A stretch of DNA of 20,000 nucleotides from the IMG/VR virus record IMGVR_UViG_3300048587_001176. One strand, given 5' to 3'. This DNA is from an uncultured virus (IMG/VR IMGVR_UViG_3300048587_001176). Lineage: Duplodnaviria; Heunggongvirae; Uroviricota; Caudoviricetes. Below are positions 8,441 through 17,491 of the stretch, piece by piece. The translations under genes and the position numbers were made by a program. Under the pieces are notes generated by a model. The model was not told the origin of the DNA. It made no database searches and saw only the letters and a list, made by a program, of their open reading frames with translations. How positions within the stretch are numbered: the first letter of the stretch is position 1; each line of letters opens with the position of its first letter.

Positions 8441-9895
8441 ATGGCAGACATCTACCTCCACGGTATTGAGACCGTTGAGAAGGACAGCGGCCCGCGCCCG
8501 GTCGCGACTATCGACACCGGCGTGATCGGCCTCGTGGGCACCGCCCCGGACGCCGACGAGCTGCTGTGGCCGCTGGACACGCCGATCGCGATCCACGGCA
8601 TCAATGACGTGCCCGAAGGGCTCGGCGAGGCCGGCACTCTTCTCGACGCCATCAACGCCATCTTCGACCAGGCCACCCGCGTGTCGCAGACCGTCGTGGT
8701 GGTCCGCGTGGAAGAGGGCGCCAACCTGGCCGCCACCTGCGGCAACATCGTCGGCAGCCCGACCGCCCGCACCGGCGCGCACGCCCTGCGCAAGTCGAAG
8801 AACCTGCTGAACCTCGACCCCAAGCTGCTCATCGCTCCCGGCTTTACCGGCCACCGCCCGACCGACGGGCTCAGCGACGTTACGGTCGGCGTGCAGGGTG
8901 CCGGTTACACCTCCGCCCCCGCCGTCTCCTTCACCGGTGGCGGCGGCTCGGGCGCACTGGCCCACGCGGTCGTCGCCGGCGGCAAGGTCACCGACATCAT
9001 CATCGACAACCCGGGTTCCGGCTACACCTCGGCCCCGACTGTCGTGCTGACCGGCGGTGGATTTACTACCACGGCTACGGCAACGGCCGTCGTTGGCGTC
9101 GTCGCCAACCCCGTGACCGCCGAGCTGCTGGTCATCGCCAACATCCTGCGCGCCTGCGTCATCGCCGACGGCCCGAACTCGACCTCGGACGCCGCGGTGG
9201 CCTACCGCCTGGACTGGGACAGCGATCGCATGCTGATCGTCGACCCCTTCGTGAAGATCCAGAAGGGTGACGCCATCGTCAGCGAGCCGGCCTCCGCCCG
9301 CGTCGCCGGCCTCCAGGCCCAGGTCGACTACACCGAAGGCTTCTGGGCAGCGCCCTCCAACCACGTCATCGCCGGCATCGTCGGCGCCCACCGCGTGGTC
9401 GAGCACTCGATGTCCGACCCCTCGGTCGAGAGCCAGTACCTCAACAAGAACTCGGTCGCCACGATCGTGCGGTCGCCCTCCGGCGGCTTCAAGCTCTGGG
9501 GCTCCCGCGTTCCCTCGGGTGACCCGCTCAAGAAGTTCTGGTCGGTCCGCCGCGCGCACGACACGATCATCTCTTCGATCGAGCTGGCGCACGAACCGTT
9601 CATCGACAAGCCCTTCAGCCTGCAGGTGCTGACGGACATCGCCGAGACGGTGAACCAGGCCCTCCGCAAGTGGAAGGCGATGGGGGCGACCCTGGGTGGT
9701 CGGGTCTGGCTCGATGCCGGCCTCAACACCAAGGAGAGCTGGGCAGACGGCCATCTCTACGTGTCCTACGACGCCGAAGGCCCGGCGCCGATCGAGCACA
9801 TCACGTTCCAGTTCTCGCGGAACACTGGCTACTACGAGCAGCTCGGGCAGGACGCCATCCGCGAAATCGCACGGCTCTCGGGCCGCGCGATCTAA
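8441..9895 (+). CDS. Contractile tail sheath protein (P2 FI-like)
   Basis: YLHGIETVE...GPRPV..VIGLVGTAP, PKLLIAPGF, GFWAAPSN, GFKLWGSR; TAAGGAG RBS at 8426-8432. Confidence 0.95.
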   Translation: MADIYLHGIETVEKDSGPRPVATIDTGVIGLVGTAPDADELLWPLDTPIAIHGINDVPEGLGEAGTLLDAINAIFDQATRVSQTVVVVRVEEGANLAATCGNIVGSPTARTGAHALRKSKNLLNLDPKLLIAPGFTGHRPTDGLSDVTVGVQGAGYTSAPAVSFTGGGGSGALAHAVVAGGKVTDIIIDNPGSGYTSAPTVVLTGGGFTTTATATAVVGVVANPVTAELLVIANILRACVIADGPNSTSDAAVAYRLDWDSDRMLIVDPFVKIQKGDAIVSEPASARVAGLQAQVDYTEGFWAAPSNHVIAGIVGAHRVVEHSMSDPSVESQYLNKNSVATIVRSPSGGFKLWGSRVPSGDPLKKFWSVRRAHDTIISSIELAHEPFIDKPFSLQVLTDIAETVNQALRKWKAMGATLGGRVWLDAGLNTKESWADGHLYVSYDAEGPAPIEHITFQFSRNTGYYEQLGQDAIREIARLSGRAI

Positions 9896-9922
9896 CCCCA
9901 CACGTCACGCTAGGAGAAACGA

Positions 9923-10441
9923 ATGCGCGACATTCTTCAGGGGTTCACCGTCTACATCGCAGGCGTGGACCACGGCATCGACTGCGAGGAGATCGGCCTG
10001 CCGACCCCCAAGGTCGTCCAGCAGGCCTACCGCGGTGGCGGCATGGACCTCGAAGTCAACCACGGCATGGCGGCCCTCGAGGCCCTCGAGGCGAGCTTCA
10101 AGTTCGCCGGCCATGCCCGCAACGTCCTGCAGCAGGTTGCTCAGGGTCCGGGCAAGTTCATCTCGGTTACCGCTCGCGGCGCCGTGCTGAACGCCCTGAC
10201 CGGAGAGCACGACGCCCACGTCGTGGTGCTGCAGGGCCAGTTCAACGAGCACTCCCGCGACGTGTGGAAGCGCGGCGAGAAGGGCGGCATCGAGGTGACC
10301 ATGAGCGGCATCCTCGCCTACCGCTACGAGATCGCCGGCTCGGTGACGCACGACATCCAGGCTTACCCGCCCCGTCGTGTGATCAACCGCGTCGACCAGC
10401 TCGCCAACATCAACACCATCCTCGGGTATTCCAATGGATAA
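9923..10441 (+). CDS. Major tail tube protein (P2 FII-like)
   Basis: Follows sheath; YRGGGMD motif, C-terminal INRVDQLA; AGGAG RBS. Confidence 0.92.
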   Translation: MRDILQGFTVYIAGVDHGIDCEEIGLPTPKVVQQAYRGGGMDLEVNHGMAALEALEASFKFAGHARNVLQQVAQGPGKFISVTARGAVLNALTGEHDAHVVVLQGQFNEHSRDVWKRGEKGGIEVTMSGILAYRYEIAGSVTHDIQAYPPRRVINRVDQLANINTILGYSNG

Positions 10442-10832
10442 AATCGTCAGCGCCACGAAAGGCGTCGAGGCATCGGTTCCAGTAGCAGGGGCGGCTCCGG
10501 CCGCCCCTCGCTATTTGAGCGGTCGCCCGCGCTCCAAGACCATCGACCTGGTCGAGCCGTTCGAGCTCCTCGGGGTCGAGTACCACCGCATCACCGCCCG
10601 CCGCCTCGTCGGCCGCGAGCTGATGGATCTCCAGGGACAGCTCAACAGCGGCATCTCGCCTGAGATGGTGGTCTTTGCCGCGATGTGTGACGTGCCCCCG
10701 CTCGTCATCATCTCGCTCGATGCGGTCGACTTCGCCCGCCTCGCCAGCGAGGCCAAGGATTTTATGCCCCAGTTGGTGTCCGCGGCGAACGCACCGACTG
10801 GCGGAAATGGCGAGGGTACGCCGCAGACGTAA
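10434..10832 (+). CDS. Tail assembly chaperone (P2 gpE/Mu gp41-like)
   Basis: Between tube and tape measure; IDLVEPFELLGVEYHRITARR and LDAVDFARL patterns. Confidence 0.85.
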   Translation: MDKIVSATKGVEASVPVAGAAPAAPRYLSGRPRSKTIDLVEPFELLGVEYHRITARRLVGRELMDLQGQLNSGISPEMVVFAAMCDVPPLVIISLDAVDFARLASEAKDFMPQLVSAANAPTGGNGEGTPQT

Positions 10833-10948
10833 TGCACGTCCTCCACTTCTCCTACCGCGACCTCCTCGAGATGGACTTCGAGGAGCTCGCGGGCTGGTGG
10901 GCGGAGGCTCTACGCGTGCTGGGAGAGGTGAATGGCATCCGGTCGTGA
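10757..10948 (+). CDS. gpE'-like extension in the -1 frame (or separate 38-aa ORF from ATG 10832)
   Basis: -1 frame reads ...ADVMHVLHFSYRDLLEMDFEELAGWWAEALRV..., resembling P2 gpE'; open from the slippery G GAT TTT (10757-10763) to TGA 10946-10948; absent from the ORF track. Confidence 0.75.
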   Translation, partial: GFYAPVGVRGERTDWRKWRGYAADVMHVLHFSYRDLLEMDFEELAGWWAEALRVLGEVNGIRS

Positions 10949-13691
10949 AGCAACTTTGACCCTTCGCCTGATTGATCAGGTGTCGGGTCCGGCCCGCATG
11001 ATCAGCGGTGTCCTCTCCTCCCTCAGTGGCACTATGGCCGGACTGCGGACGATGGGCGCGGTCTCCAAGCAGGTGGCCGCCACCGGGCGCTCGGTCCGGC
11101 AGGCGGCCAGCGACTCGGCGGCCCTCGGGGCCGTCGGCACCATCGCCGCCAAGAACATGGCGGAGCAGGTCTTCGAGTTCGAGAAGGTCGGCAACGCCAT
11201 CGAGGCGGTGACCGATCTCACCGCCGGGCAGCGCGAAGAGCTGGAGCAGCTGTCGCGGGACTTGAATGCCCTCTATCCCGCGACCAACGTCGACATCATG
11301 CAGGCCGCGCTTGAACTCGCGAAGTCGGGCATGACCTTCGAGCAGATCCGCGGATCGCTCGCCAACACCCTGAACCTCGCCTTTGCCGGCGACTTCGGCT
11401 TCAAGGAGTCGTCGTCCTACCTGATCGCAACCGCGACCGCGATGCGACTGGCGATGGGCACCGAGGAGGAGGCTGCGGCATCGACGGCGAAGATCGCCGA
11501 CATGATGGCCTATGCCGCCAACCGGTCGCTGGCCGAAATCCCCGACCTCGGCGTCACCCTGAAGTACGTGGCTGCTGCCGCTGCTGCCACCGGCATGTCC
11601 GTCGAAGAGCTGGGCGCGTCCCTGACCGTCCTCGCCAACAACGGCATGATGGGGTCGAACGCGGGCACGGGCCTGCGCTACGCTCTGCTGCAGCTGATCA
11701 ACCCGTCGAAGGCCGCGTCGGAAGCCTTTGCCAAGCTGAACATCGACCTCGGCGACTACGTCACCGGCGCGCAGAAGATCAACGCCTCGGACCTCATCAC
11801 CAACCTCGGCATGGATGGCATCCACATCGAGGAGATGGGGCTCGACAAGCAGATCCAGGCGGCGCTCGATGACCCGGCTATCGCGAAGTCTCCCGCAAAG
11901 CTGGTCTCTCGGCTTTCGGAGCTGATCAACCAGGCGGTCGGCGACCAGGGCATCGTCGACCAGACCGCTCTTGCCAACAGCCTGAGCGAGTCGCTGACGG
12001 TGCTCGGCACCCAGGTTGACCTGGTTGGTCTGATGAAGGCCTTCCAGTCGAACCCGCAGTCCGAAGCTCTTTTCGGGGCGATCTTCGGCAAGCAGCACGC
12101 CGTGAAGATGATGGCGTTCCTTGCCGGCGACCTGGCCGGAACGACCGCCGACTTCGAGCAGAACATGGACGGCGCCGCATCGGAGATGTCCTCCAAGCGG
12201 CTCAAGGGCGTGGTCGGCGACTGGTACGAGCTCACCGCCTCAATCGAGAACTTCGTCCTGACGCTGGCCGACACCGGCCTGCTCAACGACGCAGTGAAGG
12301 GCCTGCAGGAGCTGGTGAAGCTCGTAGACACCATCTCGGTCATCAACCCCCAGGCCCTCCGTCTGGGGGCATACGCGTTCCTGGCCCTGACCGCCCTCGC
12401 GCCGATCGGCTTCGCAATCTCGGGCGTCGCCTCGGCGCTGGCCCTGATGTCGAACCCGATCACGATCGTGGCCGCCGCGCTCGGCTACCTGGCTTTCCAA
12501 AACTGGGACGGACTGAACGCCTTCTGGAACAACCTGACCAAGTTCTTCACCCAGGGGCTTACCCCCGAGGCGACGGCCTTGTTCTCGGAGGTGGTCCTTT
12601 GGATCGAGCAGCTACCCAATGCCCTAAACAGCCTTGGCGACGGTTTCGATTTCGCCGGGTGGGGGCAGACGGTGGGAACGACGTTGGCCGACCTGGTCAA
12701 CAAGGTGCCCGACTTCCTGAAGTTCCTCGAAAAGCTCCGCAGTGATGCGCAGCCGATCCTCGACACGATCACCCCGATCTTCATCTCGTTCGGCAATGCG
12801 GTTGTCGCCATCGTCGGTGCGGTTGGCAACCTGACGAAAACGGCGGCCGATGGGGCCGTGTCCTTCTTCACGGGGCTCACCGAGGGGATCGACCCGGCGA
12901 CGATGGAGATCCTCGGCCGCTGGGGCACCACGATCGCCGACTTTGCGACCGGCCTGTGGGATCTGATCACCGGCATCGCCGAGGCCATCGCCAACGCCGA
13001 CATGAGCGGGTTCTCCGAGTTCATGCGGCTGCTCGGCCAGGCCTTCGGCGTGGGGCTCTCGATCGAGATCACGGTTCTCGACCAGGTCATCAAGTTCCTG
13101 ACCGACATCCCGACCCACGTCACGAACGCGATCGCGAAAATCGAAGAACTGCGGACCTTCCTGCAGACCGCCTTCGACAACATCGATCTCTTCGCGGCAG
13201 GCAAGGCGATCATCGACAGCCTGATCAACGGCATCATCGCTGCCGTCCCCTTCCTGAGGGAAACGATCGACAGCATCGGCGGCCTGCTCAACTCGATCAA
13301 GCCGGGCGGCATGGGCGGGAACGGCACGGGCGGCCAGGGCGGCAAGATGTTCGGCGACCTGAACGGCGACCCCGGCCTGCCGAACCCGGCCGCGCCCCTT
13401 GACGGCGCGCGAGCTGAGGGCGGCCCGCTGTGGAATGGGTGGTTCCTCGCCGGCGAGAAGGGCCCTGAGCTCGGCTACGCGTCGGGCAAGGGGCACATGT
13501 TCAACGCTGCCGAAACCAAGCGGATGCTCACCGGCGCCAACAGCAACGGCGGTGGGGTGACGAACCACAACACGTTCCACATCCAGAGCAACGACCCTGA
13601 GGCCGTTGCGAATGCTGTCGCTCGCCGGCTGGACAGCAGCCTGCAGCGGTCTCGCGGTCTCTCGATGGAGGACCGCCCCACCTTCGGGTAA
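10932..13691 (+). CDS. Phage tail tape measure protein (TP901 family core)
   Basis: 919 aa, Ala/Leu/Gly-rich helical; LANNGMMGSNAGTGLR core, hydrophobic mid-segment, C-terminal GARAEGGP...AGEKGPEL motif. Confidence 0.95.
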   Translation: MASGREATLTLRLIDQVSGPARMISGVLSSLSGTMAGLRTMGAVSKQVAATGRSVRQAASDSAALGAVGTIAAKNMAEQVFEFEKVGNAIEAVTDLTAGQREELEQLSRDLNALYPATNVDIMQAALELAKSGMTFEQIRGSLANTLNLAFAGDFGFKESSSYLIATATAMRLAMGTEEEAAASTAKIADMMAYAANRSLAEIPDLGVTLKYVAAAAAATGMSVEELGASLTVLANNGMMGSNAGTGLRYALLQLINPSKAASEAFAKLNIDLGDYVTGAQKINASDLITNLGMDGIHIEEMGLDKQIQAALDDPAIAKSPAKLVSRLSELINQAVGDQGIVDQTALANSLSESLTVLGTQVDLVGLMKAFQSNPQSEALFGAIFGKQHAVKMMAFLAGDLAGTTADFEQNMDGAASEMSSKRLKGVVGDWYELTASIENFVLTLADTGLLNDAVKGLQELVKLVDTISVINPQALRLGAYAFLALTALAPIGFAISGVASALALMSNPITIVAAALGYLAFQNWDGLNAFWNNLTKFFTQGLTPEATALFSEVVLWIEQLPNALNSLGDGFDFAGWGQTVGTTLADLVNKVPDFLKFLEKLRSDAQPILDTITPIFISFGNAVVAIVGAVGNLTKTAADGAVSFFTGLTEGIDPATMEILGRWGTTIADFATGLWDLITGIAEAIANADMSGFSEFMRLLGQAFGVGLSIEITVLDQVIKFLTDIPTHVTNAIAKIEELRTFLQTAFDNIDLFAAGKAIIDSLINGIIAAVPFLRETIDSIGGLLNSIKPGGMGGNGTGGQGGKMFGDLNGDPGLPNPAAPLDGARAEGGPLWNGWFLAGEKGPELGYASGKGHMFNAAETKRMLTGANSNGGGVTNHNTFHIQSNDPEAVANAVARRLDSSLQRSRGLSMEDRPTFG

Positions 13692-13701
13692 GGAGTAGCC
13701 A

Positions 13702-14121
13702 ATGGCTCTTATGCGCTTGGGGGCGTTTGTCTTCGACATCCCCACCTACTCGTTCGAGAGCCTGCAGCGGTCGGTATCCGGGCGCGCCGAAAGCCAGATG
13801 GTAATCGGCGCGCCTCCACCGATCCACCTGCTCGGCCCGGGCGAAGAGACGGTGAGCTTCACCAGCACCTTCTTCCCGTTCCACCTAAACGGGGCAGGGC
13901 TGGCGCAGCTCGAGGGGCTGCGCGCTGCCTGCCAGGCGCAGACCCCGATGATGATGGTGTCGATCGGCGGCGTCATCTTCGGCCGCTGGATCATCCGGTC
14001 AGTCGGCGATGGCCAGTCGTTCTTTCACCCGAACGGCGCGCCCCAGAAGGTCGACGTAGACATGTCCCTGGTCAAATACTCCGCCGGGGGTAACGGCCGC
14101 TCCAGCTTCTGGTTCTTCTGA
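13702..14121 (+). CDS. P2 gpU-like tail tube initiator
   Basis: LMRLGAFVF...LGPGEETV...GRWII...GAPQKVD; TAAGGAG RBS. Confidence 0.9.
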   Translation: MALMRLGAFVFDIPTYSFESLQRSVSGRAESQMVIGAPPPIHLLGPGEETVSFTSTFFPFHLNGAGLAQLEGLRAACQAQTPMMMVSIGGVIFGRWIIRSVGDGQSFFHPNGAPQKVDVDMSLVKYSAGGNGRSSFWFF

Positions 14122-15116
14122 TGCCGCGTCCCTTCTTCAAGGTCTCGGCCGGCGGCGTCGACATCACGTCGAAGCTGGTCGGCAGGGGCATCTCTCTCAC
14201 CATCACCGACGGCGTCGGCCGCGAGTCGGACACCATCCAGCTCGAGATCGACGACGTGAACGGCGAGGTCGCCGCTCCCCGCACCGGGGTCATCCTCAAC
14301 GTGGTCGGGGGGTACGAGGACGGCGCCCAGCGCGACTTCGGTAGCTTCAAGGTCGACCAGGTCGCCTACTCGGGCTGGCCGCAGAAGATCTCGATCAGCG
14401 CCCAGGCGGTGGACGCCAAGAGCGATCAGAAGCAGAAGCGTGTGCTCGACTACCAGGTCGAGGACTTCCCGACCTACGGCGACATCTTTGAGGCCGCCGC
14501 GGGCCGCATGGGCCTGACGCTGAAGATCTCTCCGGAGATCAAGTCGAAGGCCAACCCCTACGAGATGCAGTCCGAGGAGAACGACCTCTCGTTCTCGACC
14601 CGGCTCGGCGACAAGCTCGACGCCTCGGTGTCGGTGAAGTCCGGCAATCTCGTGGTGGTCAAGCGAGGCAAGGGCACGACGGTCAGCGGCCAGCCGCTGC
14701 CGACGATCCTCGTAGAGTATGGGCGTAACGTCCTCAGCTACAACGTCACCCGGAAGGACAAGCCCAAGCACTCCGAGGTAACCGCCACCTGGTTCGATCG
14801 TGAGGCGGTCGAGCGCAAGGAGGTCACCGTCTCTGCCGGCGAGGAAGGCCCTGTCTTCCTCCTCCGCGACCCCTACGCCACCGAAGAGGAGGCGAAGGAG
14901 AACGCTGAGGCCAAGTCCAAAGAGCTTCAGCGCGGGGAGGGCTCGGCGTCGTTCGAGATCGACGGCGATCCGATGGCCCGCGCCGAGGCCTTCGTGGAGG
15001 CCGTAGGTCTCCGCGATCGGGTGGACGGGCTCTGGCGAGCCACCACTGTGACCCACAACTTCTCGTCGACCTCGCCCTACACGACCTCGATCGAGTGCGA
15101 GCTGCCCGACGCATAG
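14121..15116 (+). CDS. P2 gpD-like baseplate hub (late control D family)
   Basis: RPFFKVSAGGVDITS..ISLTITDGVGRESD, QSEENDLSFSTRL, VDGLWRATTVTH. Confidence 0.92.
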   Translation: MPRPFFKVSAGGVDITSKLVGRGISLTITDGVGRESDTIQLEIDDVNGEVAAPRTGVILNVVGGYEDGAQRDFGSFKVDQVAYSGWPQKISISAQAVDAKSDQKQKRVLDYQVEDFPTYGDIFEAAAGRMGLTLKISPEIKSKANPYEMQSEENDLSFSTRLGDKLDASVSVKSGNLVVVKRGKGTTVSGQPLPTILVEYGRNVLSYNVTRKDKPKHSEVTATWFDREAVERKEVTVSAGEEGPVFLLRDPYATEEEAKENAEAKSKELQRGEGSASFEIDGDPMARAEAFVEAVGLRDRVDGLWRATTVTHNFSSTSPYTTSIECELPDA

Positions 15117-15124
15117 GGGCTTCC

Positions 15125-15358
15125 ATGCGCTTCACCTACCTGCCTAACGGCGGGGCGAGCTACGTCACCTCCCAGGGCGACGTGCTCGACCTCATCGCCT
15201 TCAACTTCTACGGCACGCACGCCGGCACGACTGAGCAGCTCTACGCCGCCAACCGTGATCTGGCCCTCGTGCCGCAGCCCTACACCGAGGGTCGAACGAT
15301 CCTCCTGCCGCCCCCGGCTCCGCAGAAGGCCAAGGCGCAGATCCAGCTGTGGGACTGA
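15125..15358 (+). CDS. P2 gpX-like tail protein (LysM-like fold)
   Basis: YVTSQGDVLDLIAFNFYG...LYAANRDL...IQLWD; start reassigned to ATG 15125 (AGGGG RBS). Confidence 0.9.
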   Translation: MRFTYLPNGGASYVTSQGDVLDLIAFNFYGTHAGTTEQLYAANRDLALVPQPYTEGRTILLPPPAPQKAKAQIQLWD

Positions 15359-15377
15359 CCTCCCGCCACCCACCCCC

Positions 15378-15408
15378 AAGACCCACCCTCGAGGTGGGTC
15401 TTTTGCTT
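15378..15408 (+). terminator. Intrinsic terminator after tail genes
   Basis: AAGACCCACC-CTCGA-GGTGGGTCTT perfect 10-bp stem running into TTTTGCTT. Confidence 0.75.
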
Positions 15409-15420
15409 CAGGAGAGCCCA

Positions 15421-15948
15421 ATGGAAACCAAGCCCATCTGGATGACGAACTTCGAGAAGTTCAGCGGCGTCCAGGAGATCAAGGGGAAGTTGCACGAGCA
15501 GAAGATCCTCGACCTCATCGACTGGGGCGACGGCCGTTTCGACGGCAAGCGCCTGTTCAACATCAACGACGACGAGACCGCCTACTGCGCTTCCGCCCTC
15601 TGCGGCAACCTCGAGATGGTGGGCATCCGGTCGCCGCGCAGCCCGGCGGCCCGCTCCTTCGACAAGTGGGGTGAGATGCTCGGCGGCCCGGCCGTAGGCG
15701 CGATCGTTACCTTCTGGCGCAAGAGCCCGCAGAGCGGCCTCGGCCACGTCGGCATCGTAGTCGGCCGCAACGGGGCAGGGGAGCTGATCGTCTTCGGCGC
15801 CAACCAGGACGACCAGTTCAAATACTCGGCCTTCAAGATGGACCGCGTCGTGAGCTACCGCTGGCCGACCGGCTTCGAGAAGCCCACGAAGATCGGCTTC
15901 TCCAAGCTGCCGATCACCAGCGCTTCACCGTCGCGTTCGGAGGCCTAA
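15421..15948 (+). CDS. Endolysin, TIGR02594 family (NlpC/P60-CHAP-like Cys-His peptidase)
   Basis: DDETAYCAS...ARSFDKWG...GAIVTFWR...GHVGIVVG...GANQ...YRWP; start ATG 15421 with GGAGAG RBS. Confidence 0.85.
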   Translation: METKPIWMTNFEKFSGVQEIKGKLHEQKILDLIDWGDGRFDGKRLFNINDDETAYCASALCGNLEMVGIRSPRSPAARSFDKWGEMLGGPAVGAIVTFWRKSPQSGLGHVGIVVGRNGAGELIVFGANQDDQFKYSAFKMDRVVSYRWPTGFEKPTKIGFSKLPITSASPSRSEA

Positions 15949-15951
15949 GCC

Positions 15952-16458
15952 ATGCGCAGCACCGAACACCTGTGCCCGCGCCGCCGGGAGAACCCGATCG
16001 CTAACCAGGTCGTCCAGGGCTTTGACAGCTGGGTGGCGCGGGACGGGTATCGGTGCTGCTCCTACTGCGGCTCGATCCACCCCGACGACGTCTTCATGGC
16101 GGTCGCCGAGAACGTCGAGTTCGGCCCGACCGACAAGAGCTACAAGGTCTATGTCCACCTGCCGAACCCCAAGGCCGGCCAGACCATCCAGGTCGGCAGC
16201 GAGAGCGGCCCCGCCTACAACATCGTGACCGGGGAGCCGAACAAGCCCGACCTGACGCTGTGGGAGAGGGTCACCGGCCGCTACGACCGCAAGATCATGG
16301 GCAAGGCCTCGGCGACGCTCTTCGCGAAGTTTTACTTCCAGCACTTCGACGACGAGCAGCAGCAGCGCTTCATCAACCTGCTGAACGCTCGGGCAGTGAA
16401 CATCGGTTTCCCCGGCCACTTCTACGCCCTGCCGTTCTTCATCAAGCGGGGTGAGTGA
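15952..16458 (+). CDS. Hypothetical Cys/His-rich protein within lysis cassette
   Basis: 168 aa, GGAGG RBS, codon style like neighbours; CPRR and CCSYCGSIH motifs. Confidence 0.7.
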   Translation: MRSTEHLCPRRRENPIANQVVQGFDSWVARDGYRCCSYCGSIHPDDVFMAVAENVEFGPTDKSYKVYVHLPNPKAGQTIQVGSESGPAYNIVTGEPNKPDLTLWERVTGRYDRKIMGKASATLFAKFYFQHFDDEQQQRFINLLNARAVNIGFPGHFYALPFFIKRGE

Positions 16459-16814
16459 TGGACCTGAAGACGATCGGCTACGCGCTGGCGATCATCGCCG
16501 GCCTCGTGGCCTACAACCATTTCATCGACAACCCGCACGTCCGGGACATCCAGCGCGCCGAAGACGAGCTGGTCTGCACCGAACGCGCCATCACTGAGGC
16601 GGAAGCTGCCCGGCAGGCGGAGGCCGCCCGGCAGCGGGAAGTCAACCAGGGCGCGATCGAAGGATGGCGAGCGGCGGTCGCGGAGCGCGACCGACTGCAC
16701 CAGATCGCCCAGGACGCCCTCGAGCAGGAGATCACGCAGAATGAACAAGCTCTCGCTGCTGCAAGTCGCAGCTGTCCTCTCGATCAGTCTGACATTGACT
16801 GGCTGCGGCGCTGA
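16455..16814 (+). CDS. Inner-membrane spanin (Rz-like)
   Basis: N-terminal TM helix, coiled coil, C-terminal CPLDQSDIDWL; start GTG 16455 or ATG 16458. Confidence 0.75.
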   Translation: MMDLKTIGYALAIIAGLVAYNHFIDNPHVRDIQRAEDELVCTERAITEAEAARQAEAARQREVNQGAIEGWRAAVAERDRLHQIAQDALEQEITQNEQALAAASRSCPLDQSDIDWLRR

Positions 16815-17052
16815 CACCGCCCAGATCCTCCGCGACGATCTCGCCGCCCAGCGGGGCAGGGCGGATGCCGGCGTTTCACTCGATCGGCAGCCCGACGAGT
16901 GCGGCGAAGACACCAAGCATGCGGCCCTACGGGTCGGTGACGACGCCCGGTCGGCGCTGAAGCGCGAACGCGCCCAGCTCGACCTCGCCAATTCGAAGCG
17001 GAAGACCTGCTTCGACTATAATGAGGCCGTCCGACAAGGCCTCGCTTCGTAG
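16741..17052 (+). CDS. Outer-membrane spanin lipoprotein (Rz1-like)
   Basis: Signal peptide with lipobox LTG|C; overlaps the 3' end of Rz in another frame; PDEC...ALKRERAQLDLAN...C. Confidence 0.78.
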   Translation: MNKLSLLQVAAVLSISLTLTGCGADTAQILRDDLAAQRGRADAGVSLDRQPDECGEDTKHAALRVGDDARSALKRERAQLDLANSKRKTCFDYNEAVRQGLAS

Positions 17053-17092
17053 CGTCACTACGCAACCCCTCGGATAGGGAATACCACCCCCG

Positions 17093-17491
17093 ATGAAACT
17101 CGACTTCCCCTGGCTCCCTGACGGGGCCGGGCAACTTCTCATCGCCGGGGTGGCAGGCGGCATCGTCCGCTGGGCCACGCTCAAGGAGAAGTGGCCCGAC
17201 GGCCTGATCAGCATCCTCGTGGGTGCGCTCTGTGCCGTGTATGTTGGCCCCGCGGCGTTCCCCATATTGGGCCCCATGATCAACTTCGCCGGCATTGAAC
17301 CGAACTCCGCCAAGTCCCTCGCGGGGTTCATGATCGGAGCCGGAGGCATCCTTGTGGCGGGGTTCTTCATTGACCTCTGGCGAGAACGTCGCCGGCAGCT
17401 GAAGAACGCCGTCCGACCTGACGACTTCGTGGTTATCGCCCAGCCCCCGAAAGAGGACGTCGATGCAACGCCGCCCGATGCACAGCAGTAA
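17093..17491 (+). CDS. Putative holin (about 3 TM helices)
   Basis: IAGVAGGIVRW / ILVGALCAVYVGP / LAGFMIGAGGILVAGFF segments followed by basic RERRRQLK. Confidence 0.7.
   Translation: MKLDFPWLPDGAGQLLIAGVAGGIVRWATLKEKWPDGLISILVGALCAVYVGPAAFPILGPMINFAGIEPNSAKSLAGFMIGAGGILVAGFFIDLWRERRRQLKNAVRPDDFVVIAQPPKEDVDATPPDAQQ

Noticed and set aside
7904..13745. Long antisense ORFs (7904-9901, 10410-12098, 12624-13745; also 2162-3253, 14025-15056)
   Set aside because: Shadow frames of GC-rich genes opposite clearly recognisable tail genes
8441..15358. eCIS/T6SS instead of phage
   Set aside because: P2-type U/D/X, long TP901-type tape measure, lysis cassette and integrase; no AAA ATPase or Pvc16-like gene seen. 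A tailocin-like state cannot be excluded without upstream sequence
15349..15420. Extended starts from the ORF track (15349, 15095, 7874, 4152, 18981)
   Set aside because: They overlap terminators or neighbouring genes; downstream starts have an RBS or coupled junction and match family N-termini
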